Part shown: piece by piece, positions 44,857 to 59,385 of the stretch
How positions within the stretch are numbered: the stretch's first letter is position 1
Layout: the number at the start of each line of letters is the position of its first letter
Assembly (NCBI RefSeq): GCF_009914755.1
Contig: NC_060941.1
Reading direction: 5' to 3' (one strand)
Length of the DNA: 64,000 nucleotides
From: the human T2T-CHM13v2.0 reference genome, Homo sapiens
Position numbers and translations under genes: made by a program
The notes under the pieces: model-generated
The model's input: the letters and a program-made list of their open reading frames with translations, nothing else
What the model was told of the DNA's origin: nothing
The model's database searches: none

Positions 44857-45771
44857 AAAAGTAAAGAGAAATCATCAAAGAAAACAGCAACACAAACGAG
44901 ACACAATACCTACCACTCATGGGCCACTATGTAGAAATTTTAACAGTGATCTCTAAGGTAGGCTGTAATAACTGTGGCTTCCCCTATTTTAATAATGCAT
45001 TGTAACAATTGTTAACAGTGATTAAGTTTCGCAAAAGCACGTGCTGAATCAGTTAAGAAAAACTTAGGATGCAAGCTGAACAAGAGACTCCAGAGAGCCT
45101 AAAAGATGATGGAACATATGCATATATAAGAATCACAAGTAACACAATGATACACAGGTCTGGCGACGATATTTCAAACGTATGCAAGCTCATGTGAGAA
45201 GCAGAAAACCAATCAAGGACACGCTTTAAGACACAAGGAGGACACGCTTTAAGACACAAGTCCTCTCCCTTAGTCTCGCCCACGCTGGGAAGCTGGTGGG
45301 GTCGTGTTTGAATAGCAAAGATGTGCGAACAAAACAAATTAGGAAAACTGCAGAGTACCTTAGCCTTTCTAGACGCTGCAAGAGCCTTCTCTCCTCCCTG
45401 TCCAAATACTAATCCTGCCGGGAGTGAGGCCTGGAAGGAGGCCCCGGGGAAGCGGGAGAAGAGGTCTGGGCCAAGGAGAGTTCTATCTGCGAAGACTCCA
45501 GGCTCAGAGCGCTATTCACCTGTCTCCAGGGCGACGGCAGCGGCCATAACAGGCAAAGACAGCGGATCGCCACCTGCCTAACAGAGGAAAAGCCCGGAGG
45601 GGCGGGAGGAGTTCCGGAAACCACGGCTCCCTCTTGCGATCCCGGGGCACCGAGGAATATGGGGACGGTGGCTCCGCTCATCCCCGGCCAGGCCCGCTTA
45701 GCCCGCGCTGGCTCCGGAATGGCGAGGGGGCGGTGCCGGGCTGTGGGAGCGCCTGAGGGGCAGGAGTCCAG
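44857..45771. repeat. Direct local duplication of ~41262-42389 (MED31 intron 1 part, exon 1, promoter)
   Basis: Colinear similarity from aaagagaaatcatcaaagaaaacagcaacacaaac to gggagcgcctgaggggcaggagtccag. Confidence 0.95.
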
Positions 45772-46068
45772 GGAGGCAGACTTTTACCCTCAAAAGGAAT
45801 GAGTCCCAGAGCCTGGCACAAGGAAGACAAGTGTGCAAAGTTGGTGGAATGAATTCGGTGGCCTAAATGTACCTTCCTCAAATGCCACGGCTGACTGGGT
45901 CTCCTCGCCCACTTCACCCTCTCTTGCAATCCAACTTGTGAGGCGTGTGTGTGTATGTGCATGTCCGCGCTTGCCTTTAGATGGAGGTTGGCTTCCCAGC
46001 CATCCAGGCTTGCATACACGTGCATAACTCCTACCCCTACCTCGCCTGCCTGCTGTACCAGGGGTTGA

Positions 46069-46138
46069 TTCCTTCTTTCTGCGTGTTTTCTGTCCAAATC
46101 CTTTTCTGATTTGGACAGAAAACACGCAGGTGGCACAC
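46069..46138 (-). ncRNA. MIR4520-1: microRNA hairpin mir-4520-1
   Basis: Perfect 22-bp inverted repeat 46079-46100 / 46108-46129 with 7-nt loop; arm TTGGACAGAAAACACGCAG recognised as miR-4520. Confidence 0.8.
46078..46131 (+). ncRNA. MIR4520-2: microRNA hairpin mir-4520-2 (opposite-strand reading of the same palindrome)
   Basis: Same perfect stem read on the + strand. Confidence 0.75.
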
Positions 46139-48821
46139 AGTAAGCGCTTAATAAATTTTCCGGCTACCTGATCTTCTTGGAATTGAGGGCATGCTCCTGT
46201 GCGCCCCTCATTGCACAGAGCTCCCTTGTCTGGAAACTCAGCAGTCACCGGAGCCGCCGTCGGTCCTCTCGCTTTCTCTATTTTAAAAAACGTTTCAACC
46301 GCTAGCGCTGTTGGATCTCTACCTTTCAGGCTTTATCACCTGGGGTGGAATGGGTGGTGAGAGGGAAGGGATGGGGAGTCAAGACAGGAGAACGCTCTCG
46401 ATTTCCCGACCCACCTCCCGTCATATCTCATGTCATATCTACCGGCTGTTCTACCCGGTCCTGTTACTTTTTTTCTTCCGCGAAAGCCCAAATTCCCATC
46501 ACTGCTCTAGCTCTCTCCCAGATCCCCAAATCCGGATGTCTGTCTCAGGGAACGTCAAAGGAACATGCCCGGATGAGGTCCTCCCCTCTCCCCACCTCCC
46601 AGCCCTCTCCTCCTGCCTCCCCCGGTGTCACCCGCGCCTCCTTCCTCTCTTCACCTCCCTCTAAACAAGAATCCGGCGCAGTCAGTTCTAGACCCTGAGC
46701 ATCTCCCGCGTCCCTGCCCAATATCCGTCCCGCCCCCGACCGCCCGCGTCCTCTTGAACCTGCGGAGCCCTGCCCCCCGCACTCCACGCCCTTGCTCCGA
46801 GCTTCCGAGAAAGCGGGGCAAAGGGAGCCAGAAAGAGAGAAAATGCGCACGGAGCAGGTGGCCCCGCGACTCCATGGTGAGGGGACGGGGCACGGAAGGT
46901 GGAAAGGTGCGCTCCCTCCTCCCTTTTTTCCTCCCTATGGTGGGCAGTTGGTGACACACAGTAAACGCTCAATAAATGTTTCCGCTACTCGATCTCCTTG
47001 GAATTAAGGGGATGCTCCTGAGCGCCCCTCATTCCACACAGCTCTGGTGTCTGGAAACTGCGGTCGCCCGAGCGGTCGTCGGTCCTCCCGGTTTCTCTAT
47101 TTTAAAAGCCATTTCAAACCTCCAGCGGCCTCGCCACCTCTGCTGCAGACCTTCCAAGCCCTTCTGAAGCCGGAATGAGTTCTCCCTAATTCACTCCCCC
47201 TGCTTAACACATTCGAACGGCTCCCGCTTGTTCTCGGGACCAAATCCAAAGCCCCTGGCGCCACCTTCGAGAGCCTCCGGACCTGCTGACCCCCCACACC
47301 TGGGCTCTGAGCTCCAGATCCAAGATGCTGCTCGCCCTCCCTTCCCCGCCGCTCTCTTTCTGCGCGCCTTTCCCCTGCCTTCCCTTTCTGTCACTCTCCC
47401 TGGCTGAGCCCTCTCCGCCTCCAGGTCTCCGGGAAGGTTGTCCCCAGGCCGGTGGGGCCCCTGCAGGTCCTCAGCCTCGGGCGGGGTGGGGTGGGGGGGT
47501 CGCACAGCGGGAATTGCCACCAGTGCGTCCCGGCTCCACAGCGCGCTCGTCCAGGGCGCGGCAGCGCTCAGCCCAGCGCTTGGCACAGTCAGTGACCACA
47601 GGGAGGAGAAAGTGAAGGCAGGAGCGCACCTTCCCACCTGCCGTCCCCGTCCCCTCAGAACCGAGTCCTGGGGCCACCTGCTCGGCGCGGTCCCTCTCTC
47701 TCTGGCTCAGTCCCCCCACCCCGATACGTCTCCTCCTCTCAGAGGCTCCGAGGAAGGGCGTGGGCGCTGGAGGGAGCAGGGCTCAGCCGGGTGCCCCTCC
47801 CGCCAGGCCCCACCGGGGCTGAGCCTCTTCTGTCGCCCGCAGGAGACAGAACTCAAGGTGGAAGTACCGGAGTACCTGGGGCCGCTGCTGTTTGTGAAAC
47901 TGCGTTAACGTCACTTCCTTCAGGTTCTGCAGCTGGATCTCCGTGTAGGGCCCCGGAGCCGGGGACGAGGTCAGGTTCCCTTGTTACCGCTGGGTGGAGG
48001 GCAACGGCGTCCTGAGCCTGCCTGAAGGCACCAGTAAGCGCGGGGCTGGGGGTGTCAGGAGGCCTCTGGGGTGGGAGAGAAGCTGGGGGGATGCGCGTGT
48101 GGAGAAGAGGGCGCAGGATGGGGGTGCTGGAACCTGGAGCGCAGGGCTCTTTGGGAGTGTCGAAGGGGCGGTGGCTGCAGCTGGCACAAAGTGGCTGGAG
48201 CCTGGGGGAGGGGCGTGATGCTGAAGAGGCAGGGGTCACACAGAAGGACGGAGTGATGAGGCTCTCCTGGCAGGGGCGAGAAGAGGAGCTCACCAAAAGT
48301 CACTGGCCAAGCCCTCCTCTGGCCTTCTAGGCCGTACTGTGGGCGACGACCCTCGAGGCCTGTTCCAGAAACACCAGGAAGAGGAGCTGGAAGAGAGAAG
48401 GAAGTTGTACCGGTGAGCCCTCCTCCCCTGACCCCACGTGAGCTGCTGATGCTTCCAGCACCCACGCCTGATTTCCTTCCTGCCCTACAGGTGGGGAAAC
48501 TGGAAGGATGGGTTAATTCTGAATGTGGCTGGGGCAAAACTATGTGACCTCCCTGTGGATGAGCAATTTCTGGAAGACAAGAGTGTTGACTTTAAGGTTT
48601 CGCTGGCCAAAGGGTGAGAGCAAGGGGAGGCTGGGTGAGAGGGAGGTGTCCTGGTCTAGTGGAAGCCAAGGGGCTTATGGGCTGCACTGCACTGCACTGG
48701 ACCGGCTCAAGGTCGGTGCCTGTGGCTGTCATGTTGGAGTCTCAGAATGATGCTCAAACCCTTTGCCCCATTCTGTCCTGAAGGCTGGCCGACCTCACTA
48801 TCAAAAACTAAATGTTCTGAC

Positions 48822-49144
<323 letters not shown>

Positions 49145-50049
49145 TCAACCAGATTTTCTGCTGTGGCCAGAGCAAGCTGGCTGGTCAGTCCCCCACCCCA
49201 ATATGTCTCCCAGGACGCTTACCCCCAGATCCCACCCAACCCAGGGGAATTGAAAGAAGCAGGGTGGGGAGACCAGAGACTTGGGTCCCTCTGGTGGGCT
49301 GGAGTCAAGGGGGCATGGTTGGTGGGGTTGGAAGGACCAAGAGCTCAGATCCCACAACTTGCTCAACAACTGCCTTCCCCAGAGCGCGTGCGGGACTCCT
49401 GGAAGGAAGATGCCTTATTTGGGTACCAGTTTCTTAATGGCGCCAACCCCATGGTGCTGAGGCGCTCTGCTCACCTTCCTGCTCGCCTAGTGTTCCCTCC
49501 AGGCATGGAGGAACTGCAGGCCCAGCTGGAGAAGGAGCTGGAGGTATGGACATCAGAGCCCTGAGGAAGCTCAGCAGTGAAGTGGGGTGGCCTAGTGCCA
49601 ATGATGCTGCTGCGGGACCCACTGTGGGCCTGGCTTGCTGCCAGCCAGCAAGGACGGATTCTGCAGGAGAGGTCCTGAGGGACCCTGGAGAAGCTCAGCT
49701 GCTCGGCCTCCTTCCCACACGAGAGTAGCTGCGGAGGGAGGGCGTGCAAGATGGAATGGTTGATAGAAACAAGGTCAAATGAAGAAATGTGACTGGCCCC
49801 TGGTGCTAGGGATTCGGGGAGTGTGCAGAGTAAGAGAGTCAGGATCAGAGTGCTGTGGCTGTTCATCAGGAGGCGATATGGAACAACAGAGAGGAAATTC
49901 ATGGGATTAAGGGCAGATAGGCTTGGATGTGAATCCTGGTTCTGCTATTTGTAAGCTGTGTGACCTCAGGCAAAATACCCAGCCTCTCTGATTATCTGTT
50001 TCCTCTTCTGTGCAACTGAGGCTCGTTCAACTAGGTATAAAAATTATAA

Positions 50050-50355
50050 GGCTGGGCACAGTGGCTTGCACCTGTAATTCCAGCACTTTGGGAGGTCGAG
50101 GCAGGAGGATCACCTGAGCCCAATAGTTGGAGACCAGCCTAGGCAACGTGGTGAAACCCTGTCTCTACAAAAATACAAAAATTAGCACCTGTAACTTTTG
50201 GTGTAGTGGCATGCACCTGTAGTCCCAGCTATTTGGGAGGCTGAGGTGGGAGGATCACCTGGGCCCAAGGAAGTCAAGGCTGCAGTGAGCCATGGTGGTC
50301 CCGCCATGGCACTCCAGCCTGGGCAACAGAGTAATACCCTGGCTCAAAAAATAAA
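50050..50355 (+). mobile_element. Alu (AluJ-like)
   Basis: Diverged dimer. Confidence 0.8.
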
Positions 50356-50422
50356 CAATGATATGAGGCAATAAGCACATGATCCATTACCTGGTACAAA
50401 GTAGGTGATGGAGACAAGTTAG

Positions 50423-50424
<2 letters not shown>

Positions 50425-50489
<65 letters not shown>
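50425..50489. repeat. (CT)n microsatellite in ALOX15P1 intron 6
   Basis: Direct reading. Confidence 0.95.
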
Positions 50490-50490
<1 letters not shown>

Positions 50491-52631
50491 TCCCCCTTGG
50501 AGGAATCCGAGTGGGAAGAAGATGCTTTATGTTGATAGCAGCCTTTGACCTCTTCCTGCACCCAGGGAGGCACATTGTTCGAAGCTGACTTCTCCCTGCT
50601 GGATGGGATCAAGGCCAACGTCAGTCTCTGTAGCCAGCAGCACCTGGCTGCCCCTCTGGTCATGCTGAAACTGCAGCCTGATGGGAAACTCTTGCCCATG
50701 GTCATCCAGGTGAGAGGACTCAGGATTTCTGCTCCCAGTCTCCAGCCTTCTCAGCTCAGCCCCTTATCGAAATGCACTAAGCACCATCTTCAAAGGCGCT
50801 GGGCTAAGGCACCAGGGAGACGCGAAAGGAGGAAATGCGCCAAGTCTCTATTCGAAGGCCTTGCAATGTAGCTGGAGAGACACATAGGGCTAGTCTGCAG
50901 AAGCTCCGGGACTGAGGAAGTCCCGGAGGACAGAGACAGCCCAGGAGGGATCGGGGAGTTGGGATGTCACCAGCCTTGGAGGAGGGCCAGGTCTCAGACA
51001 AGCAGGAGGGAGAGGAAGGACCAGTCCTCAGGGGCAAGACAGACTGGGCAGAGGCTAAGGTAGAGGAGTCAGGAGATTCCTAGGGGACAGTTGGACCGGG
51101 GCCAGACTAAGCCAGGCTAAGGAGCATGAAGTGGGAAGCTGGAGAAGGCTGTGATGAAACATGCTATAGGCACGCGGTGTGGGCAGTGGTGTTTAGGGTG
51201 GGTTGGAGAGGGGAGATGCTAGAAACAGGGACTGGGGCAACATGCCCCAGCACTGACCCCAGGAGGAGGGGAGCTCGGATATGGGTAGTGACCGTCGGGA
51301 TGGAGAGGACCGGTGGATGCGAGTGCAGAGGGAGATGAAGGAGAGGGGAAAGGGGAGCCAGGCCAGGTGCCTGCAGAAATAGCACCAATAAAGAGAACAG
51401 GGTGCCCAGGTAGACTTTTGTCTGGCCAATGTTGAGGTAACGGGAAGACATTTAAATTGTCCAGCAGGCAGCTGAGAACAAGAGATTCAGTCATTTGTGT
51501 AGAGGTGGGGCCAAAAGATGAGATTTCGAAAAACAGTGTGGGATGGAGGAAGCAGGTGGTTTGAATCTTGTCCACAATGCGGGGACTGAAAGGGGAAGTG
51601 GAGGCTGGAGGAGGCACCAGAAGAGCAGTTTCTGCAGAATGCTGGAGGCAAAGCAGCTTGCAGGGTGCTAATGCACTGAGCTGGTAGGAAGGGGAGGGGA
51701 GGAAATGGGAGCTGTAGGGAGAGGCAGGAGTGGGATGGGGAAAGCAGAACAGGTTTGGAGGACGAGGTTAACATGCAAGGGGGGCGGGAATCGCTGAGTG
51801 CCGGGCACTCATGCCTTCTCTCCCCACACTTGTCCCTGCTCCAGCTCCAGCTGCCCAGCACAGGATCCCCACCACCTCCCCTTTTCCTGCCCACGGATCC
51901 CCCAGTGGTCTGGCTTCTGGCCCAATGCTGGGTGCGCAGCTCTGACTTCCAGCTCCGTGAGCTGCAGTCTCATCTTCTGAGGGGACACTTGATGGCTCAG
52001 GTCATTGTTGTGGCCACCATGAGGTGCCTGCCGTCGATACATCCTATCTTCAAGGTAACACCTTATCCCCTTCTCTCCTGTATTCAGCTGAATACTTGAT
52101 GGGGACCTTTGTTTCTCTAGAGTTCTCTTTCTGTACAACACCCTCAATTTCAGCATGCTGCCCTGTGAATTCTGGCTGTATTGGCCTCCCAGTACTGCCA
52201 GCTCTCTCTGTCCCCTTAACTCAGGAAGATGATAGGACTCTGCCAGGGTTGCTCCTCCCTACTCTGCAGCTGGAAAGCTTTCTCCAGGCAGTAAGCTGGG
52301 GCAATTGTGGGGCCCACTTGTGTCTGTTTCTTCAGTTATTTCAGGCAAGAGGGTAAATCCAGTTCCTTACTTCACTCCAGCTGGAGGTCTCCTCCTCATT
52401 ATTTTATATACGTTTTGTGGAAGATTAACTTTACAATTTAGTTTTTAGGTAACAGAATATTCAGACAGGACTGCGACTCCATTCATGGAGTAATTATCGT
52501 AGCTCAGAGATGAATATTATTACTCTCTCCCAGAGACGGATGCAGTGACTTTTGGGACTTTGTGTGTCTCTTTTCTCAAGGAGAGACTAATAGCATCTTT
52601 ATTTCTATGAAGAATAGTTGCATTGTGTTAG

Positions 52632-52964
<333 letters not shown>

Positions 52965-53869
52965 TAACCAATAGAACTGACTGTGGGAGTTAGGCTTCGC
53001 CCTTGGCTCCAACCCTCTACCTTCTAAAGTCAGCTTCCTGTCTAAGGCTAGGTCTCTGTAAACCATATTCCTGCCTTCTTACCTGGCTCCATGTCGAGCT
53101 CACACCAGTAACTAATTCACCCTGGTAGCAGATGTTCCTTCCCTTAGTGGCAGCTGAATCCACGTTGCAACTTTCTAATGTTTGAAAAAGCTGCTTTATT
53201 GCATCCCTGCTCAGAATACCAGCACCAGCCAACTGGCACCCCTTATCAAAAGTCTGAGTTTCAGATCTCCAGGGTCCTTCCTCCAAGTTTCTGAAGTTTT
53301 AATAATTCCAGGTTCTGTTCTTTCCTGTCTACTGGTAGGGTAGAGCATCCTTTCATACGCTTATTACCCCTGTGGGTTTCTTTTTCTGTGACTTCTCTAT
53401 TCATATCTTTGCTCGTTTTGCTTCTTTCACGTCTTTTTCTTACTTGAGTCCTTTAAATATTCTGAAGACAAATTCTCACTTATTTGCATTGCAACCATAT
53501 TCTCAAAGTTTTTGGCTTGCCCCCATCCTTTAATTTTTTTTTTAATTTCAGAAGACAGTTTCTCAGCTTTCACCATGTGCCTTTATCTTTCCTGGTTTCC
53601 ATCTCTGATTTTATTTTATAATGGCAACAATGTGTTTCTGTCTTAATAAAGTGGTCCACCAGGATTGCTATCCCAGTGGTTTTTAAACTGCAGTCAAAAC
53701 ATTAAAGACTGGCGAAATCAATTTAGGGGGTCCCAGTCAGCATTTTAAAAAATGAAATAGAGTAGAATAAAACATATCAGTAGAGCAATATCAGAATACA
53801 TCACACTGTTTAATAGGAAGGAAGGAAGGAAAGAGGAAAGGGTAAGAAAGGAGGTGGGTTTGGACAATT

Positions 53870-54157
53870 TATTTTATTATTTATTTATTTATTTTTGAGA
53901 CAGAGAGTCGGTCTATCACCCAGGCTGGAGTACGGTGCCCAGCGTCTGCCTCCCGGGTTCAAGCGATTCTCTTGCCTCAGCCTCCCGAGTAGCTGAGATT
54001 ACAGGTGCCCAACACGCCCGGCTAATTTTTATATTTTTAGTAGAGACAGGGTTTCACCATGTTGGCCAGGCTGGTCTTGAACTCCCGACCTCAGGTGATC
54101 CGCCCTCCTCGGCCTCCCAAAGTGCTAGGATTACAGGCATGAGCCACCGCGCCTGGC
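53870..54157 (-). mobile_element. Alu (AluS-like)
   Basis: Reverse dimer. Confidence 0.85.
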
Positions 54158-55131
54158 CAGGTTTGGACAATTTAGTTATGACCCAGTGTCAAAGTTTTTA
54201 TTACAATGTTGCGGCAAGAAATGAGGCTTTTGCTAAGTCAATTCAACAAGTATCTATAGGTAAGGACACTTTACAGGAAAAGAGAATGACTAGATAATCA
54301 TTGTTAGACTGGATACAAGAAAAGAAAGAAAAGTTCTAGTTAAGGATTATTAGATTTATTAAAAGACAGTTAAAGGCCCTTGGATTCCTTCCCTCCAGGG
54401 TTGATATTAGCTGTGTACATAGGTAACTGGTTTCTAACAAGAGGTCATAATCTCATTAAAATTCATCAGAAAGTGGCTTAAGCATTTAATCAGGCATACA
54501 ATTGATTTCCAAGAAGAGTTTTGTGGCTTATATTCCCAAAACATCCTTGTCCCAGCCAGCGTGTGGGACAATCTTTTATTTTACAGTGTATATATTTTAT
54601 GAAAACTTGTATTTCACTACATATGTACCATATCTTGAAGCAAACTTTATTTTTGACTGTGTCACTGTCAATGAGGTTTGAAAAACACTGCTGTTCTTAA
54701 GAGCTGAGATCCAATCAAGGCCTCAGGAATTCCTGGGGTCCCTAAACCTGTCCTTGCCTGTAGTAAACCTCTCTATCTCTGCAGGCACCTAGGGGAGGTT
54801 CTCCTGGATGTCTTCACAGACATCCTGCATAGCTGTTAAACTCAGAAGTCTATCCATCCCACGTCTGCTTTTTGCCATATAAGATTTCATTTGCAAAAGG
54901 GTCCCAATGCTAATGATCTTTGAACATCATCAAGCTAATGTAATCCCATTGTTTTACTTTGAGGAAACTGAGGCTCGGAGTGAGAACACCTTGCCAGTCG
55001 CATGGCATTTGGTCCACCTGCAGTTGTACTGCCCCCACCAGTCTACCAGAGTAGCAAAGATTTCACCAGTAGGAACTCATGTATTTAGTGTTAATGGCCT
55101 GTCCACATTTCCCTTTAAAAAGACCAGGAGA

Positions 55132-55476
<345 letters not shown>

Positions 55477-55639
55477 TCATTGATCAGATTTTTTTTTACC
55501 AAGGCTACTTCACCCATTAGTCATGATAGGGTATAGTCCTAAGGCCTGTGAATTGTTCAAGGGCCTACAAAAATGGCTGAGGCCCAAAAAACTCGTTGCC
55601 TTCAAAATACAAAAAGAAAACAAAATTGAAATTAATAAG

Positions 55640-56049
55640 TGATATAGTTTGGATACTTGTTCCTTCAATCTCCTGTTGAAATTTGATCCCTGGTGTTCGA
55701 GATGGGACCTAGTGGGAGGTATTTGGACCATGGGGGCGGATCCCTCATGAATGGCTTAGTGCCATTCCTGCAGAATTGAGTTCTCACTCCTGGTTCCAGC
55801 GGGGAATATCGCTGCTAAAAACAGTCTGGCAGCTCCCCTCTCTCTTGCTCTTTTGCTCTCTCCCTGTGATGCCTGCTCTCCTTCACCTTCCATCATGAGT
55901 AGAAGTCCCCTGAAGCCCTCGCCAGAAGCAGAGGCTGGTACCATGCTTCTTGTACAGCCTGTAGAATTGTGAACCAGATAAATCTGTTTTCTTTACAAAT
56001 AACCCAGCCTTGTATGTTCCTTTATAGCAATGCAAAATGGACTAAAACA
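55640..56049. mobile_element. MaLR LTR (MST family)
   Basis: tgatatagtttggata...gggggcggatccctcatgaatggctt...gcaaaatggactaaaaca. Confidence 0.8.
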
Positions 56050-56289
56050 GTAAGTCCCAATGTGCATAAATTTTAGTATGTATCATATGATATGGATCAG
56101 GATCTCCAAAAATAAGAATGTGTATGGTCTAGGAAGGTCTCAAAATGGCTCTTTCAAGGTGTCTATACACTGATATCCAGGCTCCAAGGAGATGATAGTG
56201 TGGAGCCTTCTCTCTAAAAGTCCTAAGACTGATAGATTCAGCACAGTATTTGGCCCGGAGTGGCCTGAGACAATACATTTCTTTCTTTT

Positions 56290-56640
56290 AATTTTATTTT
56301 TTTTGAGATGGAGTCTTGCTTTGTCACCGAGGCTGGAGTGCAATGGCACCATCTCGGCTCACTGCAACCTCCTACTCCTGGGTTCAAGAGATTCTCTTGC
56401 CTCAGCCTCCTGAGTAGCTGGGATTACAGGCACGCACCATTACACCCAGCTAATTTTTCTTTTTGTTTTGGTATTTTTAGTAGAAACGGGTTTTCACAGT
56501 GTTGGCCAGGCTGGTCTCAAACTCCTGACCTCGGGTGATCCGCCTGCCTCTGCCTCCCAAAGTGCTGGGATTACAGGCATAAGCCACCGCCCCTGCCCCA
56601 AAGTGTTGGGATTACAGGCGTGAGCCACGGTGCCTGGCTG
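56290..56640 (-). mobile_element. Alu with duplicated 5' segment
   Basis: cccaaagtg(c/t)tgggattacaggc occurs twice in tandem. Confidence 0.82.
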
Positions 56641-57112
56641 GTAAACATTATTTCGTGAAACTTTTTTGTTTGGAATCGCAGTGTAAAATATATTTCTGGG
56701 AGTCATGGTCAAAAGAGTTGGAGAAAAGTGCGTCTCTAAGTTTTCTCCCAATTAGTGCCCCCTCTTGAGTTCCTGGCCATCTGTTAAATGTGTGCCATGA
56801 CAGACGATGGACAGTAGAGGGCAGACAATCCCCGCACAGCAGCAAAGGCTGGACTTCGGAGGAGTTGGAAACCACAGGCGAATGCCAAGCAGGACAGAAG
56901 CCTGAAGCCAGGCCTGAAGCTTCTGAAAGAGACAGGGCACACGTACCTGGTCCTCCTAGGCATCGCAGCACTCTCTGTGTGATATAACTGCAGCCACTTT
57001 CCAGTCTCCATCCACAGGCTGGATCCTTGTCTTTGGATATTTTTCACCTCCCTGGGAGTACTTCCAGGTGTCTAGTTACTTTTAAACCAAGGTCCTGTAA
57101 AACCATCTTTGT

Positions 57113-57372
57113 TCCGTCACCCAGGCTGGAGTGCAATGGTGTGACCTCAGCTCACTGAAACTTCCACCTCCCAGATTCAAGCGATTCTCCTGCCTCAGCC
57201 TCCTCGAGTAGCTGGGACTACAGGTGCGAGCCACCACGCCCGGCTAATTTTTGTATTTTTAGGAGAGACAGGGTTTCGCCATGTTGTCTCCAACTCCTGA
57301 CCTCAGATGATTCTCCTGCCTCAGCCTCCCAAAGTGCAAAGGGATTACAGATGTGAGTCACTGCACCTGGCC
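57113..57372 (-). mobile_element. Alu
   Basis: Reverse dimer. Confidence 0.82.
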
Positions 57373-57905
57373 TGGCACTTTAATATCGTAGAGCAGAGAA
57401 CACACACTGAGCTCTCAGTCTCCCCCAGGCACTGTTTGCAGCACTCTACATGTACTAACTCATGCACTCCTCACACCTAGGTGAAGTAGGTCAGGACACT
57501 GAGGATTGAGAAGCTTAGGTGACTTACCCAGCATTCCTGGCTAGGAAGAAGCAGAGCCAGGATCCAAACCCAGGCTAGCTGGCTCCGGAGCTTATGCTCT
57601 CAACCAGCAGCCGCTGTTGGTACAAGAGGAATAAATGCCTAGTCTTCTACCTACTGTATCTACTCCTAAGGATACTGAGGGTGTGATGTGGTCGGGAGAA
57701 ACCCTGGAGGCCATCAGAAGAGCAGGGGATATTCAAGCCTAAGATGGGAAGAATGGGTAGACACCACTTCATTCTGCTATCTGAAGGGCTGTCTTTGTCA
57801 GAGGCAGCCTCAAGAGCAGAACTAGAATCAAACGGTGAAAAGCTAGGAGGATTTGGGCTCAGAAAAAAAAAAAAGAAAGACTTTAAAAAATGTATTATAA
57901 AATCT

Positions 57906-58548
<643 letters not shown>

Positions 58549-59084
58549 TCATCTCCCCCTGCCCTAACTGGACTCCCATTTCTCTGCCTCTTGCCCACCC
58601 CTGCACACCCTAAGCCATTATTCATTTTATTTCCCAGGCTCTTCAAAGAGCTCTCTACCCTCGCTGCTCACACGTCCCCGTCCTGATCGTTTTTCCCTGC
58701 CCTTGCACTGCAACCTCACCAAATCTGTCCTTCCCAATGTAACTTCGTGCTGTTTCCCCTTCCCAATCCAATGGCTTCTTCTCGACCCCCAATTTCTCTG
58801 ACCTTTCCGTAGCATTTGGCTCTGGGGACAATTCCCTCCTCATCAAAACTTTTTCCTCTGTTGTTCTCCGTAAGCCTGAACTCTCTCTCCCCCTCCCCCC
58901 ACACCCGGCAAATGTCAGTGGTCCCCAGAATTCTTTCCTCCGCCTTAGCTTCTCACTTTGCACACTGCCCCGGCGCTCACATGGCAACCGCTGCCTGACT
59001 GCGGATGTCTCTCTCGCCCAGGCCTCCGTCCTGAGCACCAACCTCTCACAGGCTGGGAATCTTGTTCTGGATTAATTAGTTTCA

Positions 59085-59385
59085 TTTTTGTTGTTGTTGT
59101 TGTTTTGAGATGGAGTCTCGCACAGTTGCTTGGGCTGGCGTGCAATGGCGTGATCTCGCTCGCTGCAACCTCCGCCTCCCGGATTCATGCGATTCTCCTG
59201 CCTCAGCCTCCTGAGTAGCTGGGATTACAGGTGCACACCACCATATCAGGCTAATTTTTTGTATTTTTAGTAGAGACAGGGTTTCACCATATTGGCCAGA
59301 CTGGTCTCGAACTTCTGACCTCGTGATCCGCCCACCTTGGCCTCCCAAAGTGCTGGGATTACAGGTATGAGCCACCACGCCTGGT
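59085..59385 (-). mobile_element. Alu (AluSg-like)
   Basis: Reverse dimer with (TTG)n tail. Confidence 0.85.

Noticed and set aside
46311-48537. Dense overlapping 100-160 aa ORFs on both strands
   Set aside because: Expected in GC-rich CpG-island sequence with few stop codons; no coherent protein signature apart from ALOX15 remnants.
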